NCBI GenBank assembly: GCA_018060885.1
Contig: JAGOVF010000002.1
Coordinates: forward strand, 1 to 56,343
From: Oligoflexales bacterium
GTDB lineage: Bacteria > Bdellovibrionota_B > Oligoflexia > Oligoflexales > JAGOVF01
DNA: 56,343 nucleotides
Direction of reading: 5' to 3'
Shown piece after piece: positions 36,297-46,267 of this stretch. The translations under genes were made by a program, and so were the position numbers. The notes below the pieces were generated by a model. It was given only the letters and a program-made list of their open reading frames with translations, made no database searches and was not told where the DNA came from. Position 1 is the first letter of the stretch. Each line of letters opens with the position of its first letter.

Positions 36297-37080
36297 ATTT
36301 AAAAAACTTTTCTAAAAAATTTTTATGCCATTTTGATTTCCAACATTTTATAAATAGTGATCTCTCACTTTTTTGTAGAGATGAAGATGAACTTAAGTAG
36401 TTTGAAAAGGTCTTTTTTTGCATAGAAAAGGCTTGAGGACAAATTAACTTTATCTGTTCTTCGAACAAAGTAATTCTATCTAAAAGTTCGGTATTTCCTG
36501 GATGCACTTCTTGCACAATGCCTAGCTTCAATGCTTCTAAGCTGTCGAGTTGTCTGCTAGTTAATAGTAGATGCATAGATAAACTTGCGCCTAGTTTTTC
36601 AATAAAAATTTTGCTAGAGCCGTAACCTAAAGGCAGTCCGACTTGTAATTGTTTGAAGTGAAATCTACTTCGTTGGGTGCAAAAAACTAAATCGCAAGAA
36701 AGAATAAGTTCAACACCACCTCCGATGACAACCCCATCTACCATCGCAATAACTGGTATAGGAAGATATTGAAGGTCGAGACAGAATTTACTCATAACTT
36801 TGCTGTATTTATCAGCCTCATTGCGATTGAGAGAATTGAGTTCTTTTAAGTCTCCTCCGCCGCACCAAATTGGATTTTCGTCATTTTTATCTATATCGGC
36901 TGCAATTATCAGAAAGTTGTATAAAAAATGACCATTTTTATATGTTTTCAATTCTGTTTTTAGTTTTTTAATAAGCAGAGATAGCTCGTTTGCTAAGAAA
37001 GGTCCAATAGCATTCCTGCGATCTTGCCGAGAAAGCCTCCAAATAAGGGTTTTGTTTTTAATGCTGACATTTATGTACAA
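36289..37080 (-). CDS. Enoyl-CoA hydratase/isomerase (crotonase) family protein
   Basis: The crotonase oxyanion-hole region is present (GGGDL ... VDGVVIGGGVELILSCDLVF). Confidence 0.7.
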   Translation of the reverse strand: MYINVSIKNKTLIWRLSRQDRRNAIGPFLANELSLLIKKLKTELKTYKNGHFLYNFLIIAADIDKNDENPIWCGGGDLKELNSLNRNEADKYSKVMSKFCLDLQYLPIPVIAMVDGVVIGGGVELILSCDLVFCTQRSRFHFKQLQVGLPLGYGSSKIFIEKLGASLSMHLLLTSRQLDSLEALKLGIVQEVHPGNTELLDRITLFEEQIKLICPQAFSMQKKTFSNYLSSSSSLQKSERSLFIKCWKSKWHKNFLEKFFKSI

Positions 37081-37316
37081 AATGAACTCTTAAGCAAATT
37101 TAATAATAATAGTCGTAAGGTCAAACCCTTTGAGAAGTTACAGCATATTAATATTTGAAGCTTGTTAAAAACAATCGATATTTACTTAATATGAATGTGA
37201 AAGATCTTGCTAGTAGAAAAAAAAAGCAATTCTGAACTATAGCTATTTGTCTAGAAATTGGTGGCTTGATCAATTGACGTTAAAATAGAGCTATCTTTGG
37301 GAAAAATAGGTGATGA

Positions 37317-37910
37317 ATGGTGAACGGCAATATAGTTCTTATAGGAATGCCCGGTAGTGGAAAATCTAAATTAGGCAAACAAGTTTCAAAGCGTCTTGGT
37401 CTAGGGTTTGTTGATCTGGATGAGTTTATTTCAGCGCAAGAAAGATCGACTATTGAACGGTTATTCCGCGAGAAAGGCGAAGTTTATTTTCGTGAGATTG
37501 AGAAGAAGTTTATGAAAGAATTTTTAAAACTGCATTCTCACGTTGTCGTTCTTGGGGGAGGTTCTGTAGTTGATGAAGGTGGTGTCGAAATGATGAATCA
37601 AATTGGTGAATCCTATTGGATAGATGTTGGTATAGATGAACTTAAAAATCGCATGTTACGTAATATAAATGAAATTGAAAGAAGGCCAATGTTTAGGGAA
37701 CTTCTTGGTAAAGATAATTTTGAAAATCTCGTAGTGGAAAGATTGCAAGATTTGTATTTAGCTAGACGAGATTTTTATGCACAGGCCAATTTTCAATTTG
37801 CGGTTAATTATGGATCAGAGGATCAAGTCGCACAAATGTTTTGTAAGCGTTTTTTAGAAAACAGCGCTATAAAACTGCAGGAAGAAAGCGCAACAATTAA
37901 TGCAGAATAG
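37317..37910 (+). CDS. aroK: Shikimate kinase
   Basis: Walker A IGMPGSGKS, the DLD motif and LGGG are present. Its stop overlaps the start of the next gene (ATGCAGAATAG). Confidence 0.85.
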   Translation: MVNGNIVLIGMPGSGKSKLGKQVSKRLGLGFVDLDEFISAQERSTIERLFREKGEVYFREIEKKFMKEFLKLHSHVVVLGGGSVVDEGGVEMMNQIGESYWIDVGIDELKNRMLRNINEIERRPMFRELLGKDNFENLVVERLQDLYLARRDFYAQANFQFAVNYGSEDQVAQMFCKRFLENSAIKLQEESATINAE

Positions 37911-38931
37911 TGCCTCAAATATTAACAGGCTTGTCGACTGGCTCGTAAAGAGTTTTGATCAAGTGGATTGGCTTGCGAATTTGCAATTGGTTAATTGGCG
38001 ACCTGTGACGATTGTTTGCGGAATAAGTTTTCTTTTTGCAAATGTAGCAACAATTTACATTACTAATTTGCTTTTAGATAACGAGCAATCTATGTTTTCA
38101 AATCCTGATTTAGAAATAAAAAATAGTTCCCCACTAGATGCGAGAACCTTAAGCAGCAAAGATATAAAAGATATAATAGACAGAAATATTTTTAATTCGG
38201 ATGGAAAGGTTCCAGATGAAGATGATGAGCAAAAGAAGCAAGGCGGAAAAGGACGGGGGCAGCTAGTTCCAACATCTTTGCCGCTTAAGTTACATGGAAC
38301 TATTTATGGATCGTCTTCGTTAGCTTCAATTGCAATGATTGAAAATACTAGTAAAAGCATTATAAATAGTTTCTTGATTGGCGATCGAATAATAGAAAAC
38401 GCCATTTTAAAAGAAATTCAGCGGGAAAGGATCATACTTGAGCGTGACGGAGTGTATGAATATCTTGACTTCCCAAAACCAGAAGTTTTAGATCGTCGAG
38501 GAAAAAAAGTTTCGACATCGAAACCTAATAGCGCCCTTAGCAGCTTGTCGCCACTTGCGCAGTCGCCACCGCCTCCAGAATATAAAGAAGAGGGATTTGA
38601 AAGAAAAGGTGGGAAGGTTTCAATGACAGGGAGCTTTAAAAATAGAATCTTAGGCGTCGATTTTGCCAAAGTTCTTGCAGATGCAAAAGCAGATCCCTAC
38701 ATAGTTGATGGTGAGATCAAAGGGTATGTACTATCTAAAATTCGAGAGGATAGTATTTATCGAAAGCTTGGACTTCAAGATGGAGACATTATTGATGAGG
38801 TAAATGGTACGCCTTTAGGTGATCCTGCTCAGGCAATCAAGCTACTCAACTCATTAAGAAACGAAGGAAAATTCGAGGTAAATGTTATTCGCAATGGTAC
38901 TAGTGCAAGCTACTCAATAGACGTCAATTAA
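37900..38931 (+). CDS. gspC: Type II secretion system protein C (copy 1)
   Basis: There is one N-terminal TM helix, an HR-region motif IIDRNIFNSDG, and a C-terminal PDZ-like domain (LGLQDGDIIDEVNGTPL...VIRNG). It lies immediately upstream of the secretin. Confidence 0.7.
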   Translation: MQNSASNINRLVDWLVKSFDQVDWLANLQLVNWRPVTIVCGISFLFANVATIYITNLLLDNEQSMFSNPDLEIKNSSPLDARTLSSKDIKDIIDRNIFNSDGKVPDEDDEQKKQGGKGRGQLVPTSLPLKLHGTIYGSSSLASIAMIENTSKSIINSFLIGDRIIENAILKEIQRERIILERDGVYEYLDFPKPEVLDRRGKKVSTSKPNSALSSLSPLAQSPPPPEYKEEGFERKGGKVSMTGSFKNRILGVDFAKVLADAKADPYIVDGEIKGYVLSKIREDSIYRKLGLQDGDIIDEVNGTPLGDPAQAIKLLNSLRNEGKFEVNVIRNGTSASYSIDVN

Positions 38932-38946
38932 ACGATTGGATTTCTT

Positions 38947-39936
38947 TTGGTCGATTTCGAACAAATTTTTCAACTAGATTTTGAAAAGATTCGCAAAAAG
39001 GTGCCGTTTTCTGCTCTGTTTCGCGGTTGTTCCGTCGTTTTTGTTTCATATGTGATTTCTTCCGTCATTTCATCCGTGGCTATGAATATTATGTTGGATA
39101 TTACTTTATCAGCACAAAGCTTTGGTAACACAAGTGCCTCTGGATTTTCTTACAATGAAAAACCAGATTTTCAATCACATCGACAAAATATTATCGATCG
39201 CAATCTTTTTAACTCCGATGGGATCTTTCCTGTAGAAGAAGAAAATTTTTCAGGTGCAGCGAGCGGAGAAAAAAAATTTGATTTAAATGCAGCTTGCAAT
39301 CGTACCAGTCTCAAAGTTGAGTTGGTTGGTACTATCTATACTGGAAATCAACAAACTTCGATAGCTACTGTGAGAGAAGCTGGTATTGAATCGGCAGATG
39401 TATATCGAGTAGGTGACGAAATAATTGAAGGCAATGGCGCAAAAGTTGCGCAAATCGAACAGCGACGTCTGATTTTAAATAATAACGGAATAAAAGAATG
39501 CATTGAATTAAAAGACCAAACGATTGTTGCCTCGAATTTCGCGGCACCTATATCAGACAGCTTAAGTGCGCCGTCTCCGAATACATTAACCGGAGGTCCA
39601 GTTGAAGGCGGCAATTCAAATAGTATCAGTCTTAGTGCGGCTTTTGTAGAAGCAGAATTGGGCCCAGGATTTTCAAAGATAATTCAGGCCGCAAGGATGG
39701 TTCCGAACAGCTTGGACGCATCCATGAATGGCTTCAAAGTTTTCGGCATAAGGCCAGGAAGCTTAATGTCAAAAATATTTCGTGAAGGTGATATTTTGAC
39801 GCAGGTTAATGATGCTAACCTAAGCCAACCTGATCAGGGCTTTGCGTTGTATCAAGCTTTTCAGGATGAAAGAGAAATTCGAATCTACATAGTTAGGGGC
39901 GGAGAAAAAGTTACGGTACAGGTGCAGGTAAATTAG
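38947..39936 (+). CDS. gspC: Type II secretion system protein C paralog (copy 2)
   Basis: The architecture matches copy 1: a TM helix, IIDRNLFNSDG, and a C-terminal PDZ-like FREGDILTQVNDANL...IVRGG. The start is TTG. Confidence 0.65.
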   Translation: MVDFEQIFQLDFEKIRKKVPFSALFRGCSVVFVSYVISSVISSVAMNIMLDITLSAQSFGNTSASGFSYNEKPDFQSHRQNIIDRNLFNSDGIFPVEEENFSGAASGEKKFDLNAACNRTSLKVELVGTIYTGNQQTSIATVREAGIESADVYRVGDEIIEGNGAKVAQIEQRRLILNNNGIKECIELKDQTIVASNFAAPISDSLSAPSPNTLTGGPVEGGNSNSISLSAAFVEAELGPGFSKIIQAARMVPNSLDASMNGFKVFGIRPGSLMSKIFREGDILTQVNDANLSQPDQGFALYQAFQDEREIRIYIVRGGEKVTVQVQVN

Positions 39937-39997
39937 TTGCGATGATTCTAGGATAGTCTGCGTTCGGTGAAAGATTAGATCCAAGGAAGGGGATAAG

Positions 39998-42628
39998 ATG
40001 AAAGTGCAGAGCTGGTTTCGAATAAGTGGGCAGGTGAGTTGGCCGGTTGCGCTTATGGCGGCGTTTTTAGTACTGCATGGGCAGTTGTTAACTGGTCAAG
40101 AAGGGGATCCCATACCTGATGAGGGATCTAACCCGCCGCCTGAAGAGATGCCGCCTCCTCCGGAAGCACCGCCACCTGAGGAGATCCCTCCAGCGATGCC
40201 CGAGGAAATGCCTCCACCTCCAGAAGAGCCTATGAGCGAGGCGCCTGTCGAAAATCCAGCTTATGATGCTCCCTCTGCAAATTCTGTTGCACCGGCAAAT
40301 TCTACTAATGCGGCAGCAAATGCCAATGAAGTTCCAACAGTTGTGGTTGGAGCTGCTGCAAAAGGATCAGATGCACTACCTCCAGGTGAAGAATTGGTGA
40401 ACATTGATTTCCCTGAACCAACGGAAATAAAGGACATCATTAAAGCAGTTGCATTATGGACTGGAAAAAATGTGCTTTTTGATCGAAACGTCCAGGGAAA
40501 GGTACAAATAATTTCTCCGCGTAAGGTTACGAAAGTAGAAGCTTATCAAGCCTTTCTATCGGCGTTGAATATGCTCGACTTTACCACTGTGGAAACTGGT
40601 AAGATGCTCAAAATTATCCCAGTTCGCAAAGCAGTTAAAGGAAATTTGCAGACTTATTATGGTAAAGAGTGGGCTCCTGCAACTGATAAGGTTATTACCC
40701 AAATTGTGCCATTGCGATATATTGATGCCAAAGAAGTTCAATCGACGCTTGCCCGAATTCTTTCAAATAATGCAATCATTGCATATCCACCTACAAATAC
40801 ATTAATTATCTCCGAGACTGGTTATAAAATTAAAAGAATACTTGAGATCATTGAATTGTTAGATGTAAAGACGCAACAGCCTCAAGTTGCAATTGTTCCG
40901 ATTAAGTATGCAGATGCCAAGAGTGTTTCGAATAAGATAAACGAACTTTATAAAGCTCAGACCGGTGGCAAGCCGGGTTTTATGAGCTATAAAATTATTG
41001 TTGAAGAGCGCTCGAATTCGGTAATTATATTTGGTCCACCAAGAACGATTGTCGATATGAAAGCTTTGGTGAAAATGTTCGATATTCAAATCGATGACCC
41101 ATCGCGTCAGGCTAGTATTCATGTCAGGTTGCTCGATTATGCGAACGCAAAAAAATTAGCGACAACTCTTTCAACCCTGGCGAAGTCGCAGCGGCCTGGA
41201 GCTCAGCAATCAAGTTTCAATCCAGCTAGCAGAGTCGGAGCGGGCGGCGATGCCGCGCCAACAGTTGCTCAATTAAGTGAAGGAATGAACATAACAGCAG
41301 ATGAATCAACAAATTCTCTGATCATCACTGGTAGTCGTTCGTCTTATATGGCTTTGAACAATATCATTCGAAAGCTTGATATTCGTAGAAGTCAGGTTTA
41401 TGTCGAAGCAGATATTCTTGATTTAAACATCGATAATAATTTTCAATTTGGTTCTAGTGTTTTTGCTGGCGCAGGTAATTCAAATGGTAGAGGTACAAAA
41501 ATCGCTACAGCTTGGCAAGCCGGATCGATTGGCCCGTTGGTTGTCGCTGCAGCTGATACAGCAGCTTCTCGTGCACCCACCACAGCTGCACAAGCTGCAA
41601 GTGTTTTTGCCAACGATTTAACCATTGGGATTCTTTCTGGTGCGCAAATTGAAATCCCAGGTCTAGGAAAATTCAGTCCAGGCGCACTCATTCGTATGAT
41701 TAAAAACGATATCAATTCAAAGGTCATCGCTTCGCCACATTTATTAACAGCAAACAACGAGGAAGCAAATATTACAGTTGGACAAAAAATATTTTTCGCC
41801 AAAACCACAGTGAGTCCCACAACTGGAGTTGGTACGCAGGATATGCAAAAAGAAGATATTGATTTGACGCTTAATATAACGCCCAATATTTCACATTCTA
41901 ATTATGTCACGATGAAAATAAATATTGAATCAAACTCATTTATTGGACAAGATGCGACCAGCGGCATGCCGATGGTCAGTAAACGCAACAGTAAGACGAT
42001 GGTAACGGTGAAAAACAATCAAACGGTAGTTATTTCAGGTTTGGAGCAAACCATAGATCAGCAAACTTTTCAAAAGGTACCATTTTTGGGTGACATTCCA
42101 ATTTTAGGCTGGTTGTTTCGTAACAGCTCACTAAAAAAGATTAAAAGCAATTTGACGATCTTTCTTACGCCGCATATTGTTCATGGAGCAGACGATTTGG
42201 CTTCGATCTATAGCCGCAAAATTCAAGAGCGGGATGAGTTTTTTGAAGCGGTGTATGGTTCATCTTTTAAAGAGAGCGAGTTCTATGACTTTATTCCGAA
42301 AGAAGAGGATGGTGTCTACCGTCCAGATGAAAAAGACAAGAAAGAAGACGCTCGGCAAGAAGAAGCTATTAAAGAGTTGTATCATGACAGTGGATTGGAG
42401 AAGTCGGGTGGTCTTAAATTTCATGACCCAAAAGTAGATGAAGAGCCCTTGTCGATGCCTAGTCCATCTATTGGTGGTGGAGTTTCTGATTCTCCTGTAA
42501 ATAACGATGGAGCTTCGTCACCTGATTTTTCTGCTCCGCCGATTGATCCCGGAGCTCCACCCGAAGCTATCGAGGTTCCTGAATATCCAGAGCCGCCTAT
42601 GCCTAACGATAATCCGGATGGAGAATAA
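39998..42628 (+). CDS. gspD: Type II secretion system secretin with Pro/Glu-rich N- and C-terminal extensions
   Basis: N0-N3 style domains and a secretin domain are present (signature VPFLGDIPILGWLFR). At 876 aa it is longer than usual because of low-complexity termini. Confidence 0.9.
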   Translation: MKVQSWFRISGQVSWPVALMAAFLVLHGQLLTGQEGDPIPDEGSNPPPEEMPPPPEAPPPEEIPPAMPEEMPPPPEEPMSEAPVENPAYDAPSANSVAPANSTNAAANANEVPTVVVGAAAKGSDALPPGEELVNIDFPEPTEIKDIIKAVALWTGKNVLFDRNVQGKVQIISPRKVTKVEAYQAFLSALNMLDFTTVETGKMLKIIPVRKAVKGNLQTYYGKEWAPATDKVITQIVPLRYIDAKEVQSTLARILSNNAIIAYPPTNTLIISETGYKIKRILEIIELLDVKTQQPQVAIVPIKYADAKSVSNKINELYKAQTGGKPGFMSYKIIVEERSNSVIIFGPPRTIVDMKALVKMFDIQIDDPSRQASIHVRLLDYANAKKLATTLSTLAKSQRPGAQQSSFNPASRVGAGGDAAPTVAQLSEGMNITADESTNSLIITGSRSSYMALNNIIRKLDIRRSQVYVEADILDLNIDNNFQFGSSVFAGAGNSNGRGTKIATAWQAGSIGPLVVAAADTAASRAPTTAAQAASVFANDLTIGILSGAQIEIPGLGKFSPGALIRMIKNDINSKVIASPHLLTANNEEANITVGQKIFFAKTTVSPTTGVGTQDMQKEDIDLTLNITPNISHSNYVTMKINIESNSFIGQDATSGMPMVSKRNSKTMVTVKNNQTVVISGLEQTIDQQTFQKVPFLGDIPILGWLFRNSSLKKIKSNLTIFLTPHIVHGADDLASIYSRKIQERDEFFEAVYGSSFKESEFYDFIPKEEDGVYRPDEKDKKEDARQEEAIKELYHDSGLEKSGGLKFHDPKVDEEPLSMPSPSIGGGVSDSPVNNDGASSPDFSAPPIDPGAPPEAIEVPEYPEPPMPNDNPDGE

Positions 42629-42633
42629 ATTGT

Positions 42634-44469
42634 ATGAGTGAAAAAGAGCAGGCAAATCAGGAAGAGTTGCCAGAATTGCAGGCGGCCTTAGCTAAGGTGA
42701 CTACTCGATTAGAGCCACCAAAGTGGACTAATCTGCCAACTGTTAGTTTTCGTAAACTACAGCGAAAAACACTTGGCGAAATACTAATTGAACGGTTGAC
42801 TATTACTCCAGACCAACTTTCTGAAGCACTTGCAGACAAGCCCGAAGGCAAAAGAATTGGCGAAGTTTTAGTCGAAAAGGAGTTTGTCACAGAAGATCAA
42901 CTCCTCAAGGCCTTGGCGTTTCAGCTTGACTTGCCATATTATGAAAGACTGCCAATTAATGATATTGATCCCGCGTTAGTGGATAACATTCCGATTCAAT
43001 TCTGCCGAGATAATAGAATTTTGCCGATAGCTCGCGACGACTTTAATGTTACAGTAGCAGTTGCTGACCCCTTAAATATTTTTCCCTTAGATGATCTTAG
43101 ATTAATTTTGTCGACAAATATTAACGTCATTATCAGCTCTCCGGCGGTAATAGACCAAAGTATTAATCGCGTTTTTGAACGTTCGAATGATGCTTCACAA
43201 AAAGTTATAGATGAATTGAATGTCACTGAAATTGGCGGTGAAGAGGATCTAGAAGAAACCAAAGATTTGCTCGAATCTACCGACGACGAAAAACCAATTA
43301 TTCGTTTGGTCAATGGTCTATTGGCGCGAGCGGTTAAAGAACGAGCATCTGATATTCACATAGAACCCTATGAACATGAAATTGTGGTTCGCTTTCGAAT
43401 TGATGGAGCTTTACAAGATAGAATGCAAATACCGAGACGTCACGCCGGTAGCGTAGCGTCTCGTATAAAGATTATTGGTAAATTAAATATCGCTGAGAAA
43501 CGCGTTCCTCAGGATGGCCGTATCAGTATCAAAGTTGCAGGCAAAGATATTGATGTGAGGTTGTCTGTATTGCCAACAGCTCATGGTGAAAGAATTGTCA
43601 TGCGCTTGTTGGATAAGTCGTCAGGAGTCAAAGATCTTGATCAAATGGGACTTGATCCACAAGTACTTAATCGTTATACGGAGTTGGTGGATTCAAAACA
43701 TGGAATTGTTCTTGTGACGGGTCCAACTGGGTCGGGTAAATCTACATTGCTTTATGCTTCGCTCTTGTCGATTAACACCACCGACATTAATATCCTTACA
43801 ATTGAAGATCCCGTTGAGTATCAGCTGGCAGGTGTAGGTCAGATTGAGGTGCGAGAAAAAATTGGTTTAACATTCGCTGCAGGATTAAGATCTATTTTGC
43901 GTCAAGACCCAGATGTGATTATGATCGGTGAGATTAGAGATACTGAGACTGCGCAAATCGCGATCCAAGCTTCGCTGACAGGTCACTTGGTTCTTTCAAC
44001 TTTGCATACAAACGACACCGCAAGCACTGTTACTCGTTTAGTCGATATGGGTATTCAGAGTTTCCAAATTTCTTCAGCTGTATTAGGAGTCATTGCAACA
44101 AGACTTGTGCGTAAACTTTGTCCATCTTGTCGTGAGGCCTACCAACCAGTCGCCGCAGAACTGGCTCTTTTAGGATTAAAACCGCAGCAAGTCGAAGGCA
44201 AAAAAATTTATCGCGCCGGTCCAGGCTGCGATGTCTGCCTTGGTGCAAGTTATAGCGGTCGAGTGGCTATTCATGAGCTTATGGTTTTTGATGAAGAGAT
44301 ACGTGAAGCAATTATTAAAGGTCTTGATGCTAAGGTGATTAAAAAGATAGCAGTTGAAAAGGGCATGAGAACTCTACGTGATTCTGCTTTGCAACGAGTC
44401 ATGAATGGCGACACTTCATTTGAGGAAGCTGTACAAAAAACACAAGCGGAATCGATTGATTTCTTGTGA
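42634..44469 (+). CDS. gspE: Type II secretion ATPase
   Basis: A T2SSE N-terminal domain, Walker A GPTGSGKST, Asp/His boxes and the tetracysteine CPSC...CDVC are all present. Confidence 0.9.
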   Translation: MSEKEQANQEELPELQAALAKVTTRLEPPKWTNLPTVSFRKLQRKTLGEILIERLTITPDQLSEALADKPEGKRIGEVLVEKEFVTEDQLLKALAFQLDLPYYERLPINDIDPALVDNIPIQFCRDNRILPIARDDFNVTVAVADPLNIFPLDDLRLILSTNINVIISSPAVIDQSINRVFERSNDASQKVIDELNVTEIGGEEDLEETKDLLESTDDEKPIIRLVNGLLARAVKERASDIHIEPYEHEIVVRFRIDGALQDRMQIPRRHAGSVASRIKIIGKLNIAEKRVPQDGRISIKVAGKDIDVRLSVLPTAHGERIVMRLLDKSSGVKDLDQMGLDPQVLNRYTELVDSKHGIVLVTGPTGSGKSTLLYASLLSINTTDINILTIEDPVEYQLAGVGQIEVREKIGLTFAAGLRSILRQDPDVIMIGEIRDTETAQIAIQASLTGHLVLSTLHTNDTASTVTRLVDMGIQSFQISSAVLGVIATRLVRKLCPSCREAYQPVAAELALLGLKPQQVEGKKIYRAGPGCDVCLGASYSGRVAIHELMVFDEEIREAIIKGLDAKVIKKIAVEKGMRTLRDSALQRVMNGDTSFEEAVQKTQAESIDFL

Positions 44470-44515
44470 TATAGAATAGTCTATTGATTCTTGTTAATTT
44501 TTCTGGAGTCGTATT

Positions 44516-45736
44516 TTGCCGCAATTTTCTTACAAAGGCATGGATGCAGTCACCGGACAAGCCCGTAAAGGGATAGTCGAAGCTGAAAGCAAAAAAGCAG
44601 CAAAAATCAAATTGCGCCAAAAAGATAAAGTTATTGCCTACGAGCTAAAAGAAGAAGTTGCATCAGAAAATCAAAAAAAGAAAGCAAGCTTTCTTGGTTC
44701 TGGTGTGGGTATGTCGGAATTAGCCGTCATGACCAGACAGTTTGCAACCTTGCAAAGTGCGCATGTTCCGCTAGATGAGTCGCTCAAAGCATTGAGTGCG
44801 CAAGTCGAAAATATCACGTTGCGCAATACTTTGTCAGATATAAAAGATCAGGTTTCTGAAGGTAAGTCATTGGCAGAGGCAGTCAGCAAATTTCCAAAAA
44901 TTTTTAATCGTCTTTATATAAATATGATAAGAGCAGGGGAGCAGTCAGGTACCCTAGGATTAGTATTAAAGCGCCTAGCGGATTTTATTGAGTATCAGGT
45001 GGCAGTGCGGGGACAGGTAACAAGTGCAATAGCCTATCCATCAGCCATGATTTTTTCATCAATGGCCATCGTTGTGTATTTGTTTGTCAGTGTCGTGCCA
45101 AAATTACAAAAAGTTTTTGCAAGTTTAAAAGTAAGTTTGCCTTGGTATACAGAATTGCTAATTACGTTTTCTGAGGGTTTGCAAAAACATTGGCCAATTT
45201 TAATTGTTTTAATCGCTGCGGTGGTCTATTTCGTTCGTCGCTGGGTTCAAACAGAAGAGGGTCGAAGAAAATTTGATAAATGGACCTTGGAGCTTCCTTT
45301 ATTTGGGCAAATTATTCTTCGCGTCAATACATCCAAATTTACGCGAACGCTTTCTACACTTTTAAGTTCCGGTGTGCCAATTATTAATTCATTAGAAATT
45401 ACTAAGAACATTATCGGCAACTCCTTACTTGCAGATGTTTTAGAAGAGGCGAAGATTGGGGTGCAGGAAGGAAAAAACTTAGGAGACTGCATTTCAAAGT
45501 CAGAGCTATTCCCGCCTCTGGTGACTCATATGATAAAAACAGGCGAAAAAACGGGGCAGTTAGAAGAAATGCTTAATCACGTTGCCGAAGCATATGATGC
45601 TGAGGTTCAACGTAAGATTGCTGCAATGATTTCTTTGATAGAGCCATTTATGATCATATTTATGGGAGGCATCGTTACGGTCGTTATTATTGCGTTATTG
45701 GTGCCAATGCTTGGCGTAATGAGTCAAATGCGCTAA
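44516..45736 (+). CDS. gspF: Type II secretion inner-membrane platform protein
   Basis: It is 406 aa with two T2SSF repeats and 3 TM segments. The N-terminus MPQFSYKGMD is typical. The start is TTG. Confidence 0.9.
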   Translation: MPQFSYKGMDAVTGQARKGIVEAESKKAAKIKLRQKDKVIAYELKEEVASENQKKKASFLGSGVGMSELAVMTRQFATLQSAHVPLDESLKALSAQVENITLRNTLSDIKDQVSEGKSLAEAVSKFPKIFNRLYINMIRAGEQSGTLGLVLKRLADFIEYQVAVRGQVTSAIAYPSAMIFSSMAIVVYLFVSVVPKLQKVFASLKVSLPWYTELLITFSEGLQKHWPILIVLIAAVVYFVRRWVQTEEGRRKFDKWTLELPLFGQIILRVNTSKFTRTLSTLLSSGVPIINSLEITKNIIGNSLLADVLEEAKIGVQEGKNLGDCISKSELFPPLVTHMIKTGEKTGQLEEMLNHVAEAYDAEVQRKIAAMISLIEPFMIIFMGGIVTVVIIALLVPMLGVMSQMR

Positions 45737-45788
45737 GCTGAAATGTTTTTGTAAATCTATTTAATATAATTTTCGGGGGGATTGGGAA

Positions 45789-46265
45789 ATGAGTCGTTAT
45801 GCTGAATTTTTTGCCGAAAGAAAGCAATTTTTGCTGCAGGGTTTCACCAAGCCCTTTAGTGATAAACGAAAAGGTGAAACTGGATTAACCTTGATTGAGA
45901 TAATTATCGTCGTTGCGTTGTTAGCCACACTCATGGCTTATATTGCTTCGAATTTAACGACTCAAGCTGAGAACGCAAAGCAAGATCAATCTAAGATTGC
46001 AATGAGTAAAATTCAGCAATCTTTAGAAATGTATAAGATTCATGTTGGAACTTATCCTGAATCTTTGGATGCACTACTAAATAATCCTGGTGATAGCAAA
46101 AAGTGGCGAGGCCCTTACATTGAAGAAAATAAATTAAGAGACCCTTGGGATCAAGAGTTTCAATTTCAAAAAGAAGGTCGTGCATTTAAAATCACTTCTC
46201 CAGGGTCAGATGGTGAATTAGGCACAGCTGACGATATCGTGTTCCCGGAAGAGGGTTCACAGTAA
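45789..46265 (+). CDS. gspG: Major pseudopilin
   Basis: The prepilin motif is G|LTLIEIIIVVALLA with Glu+5. The C-terminal GspG-like motifs DPWDQEF and GSDGELGTADDI are present. Confidence 0.85.
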   Translation: MSRYAEFFAERKQFLLQGFTKPFSDKRKGETGLTLIEIIIVVALLATLMAYIASNLTTQAENAKQDQSKIAMSKIQQSLEMYKIHVGTYPESLDALLNNPGDSKKWRGPYIEENKLRDPWDQEFQFQKEGRAFKITSPGSDGELGTADDIVFPEEGSQ

Positions 46266-46267
46266 AT

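Noticed and set aside
41443-41886. A 147-aa minus-strand ORF lies inside gspD. Similar antisense ORFs include 194-472, 564-746, 7729-8046, 13005-13334, 16111-16515, 22258-22593, 30695-31003, 42996-43313 and 52618-52884.
   Set aside because: All lie fully within strongly supported genes on the opposite strand or in another frame, so they are typical shadow ORFs.
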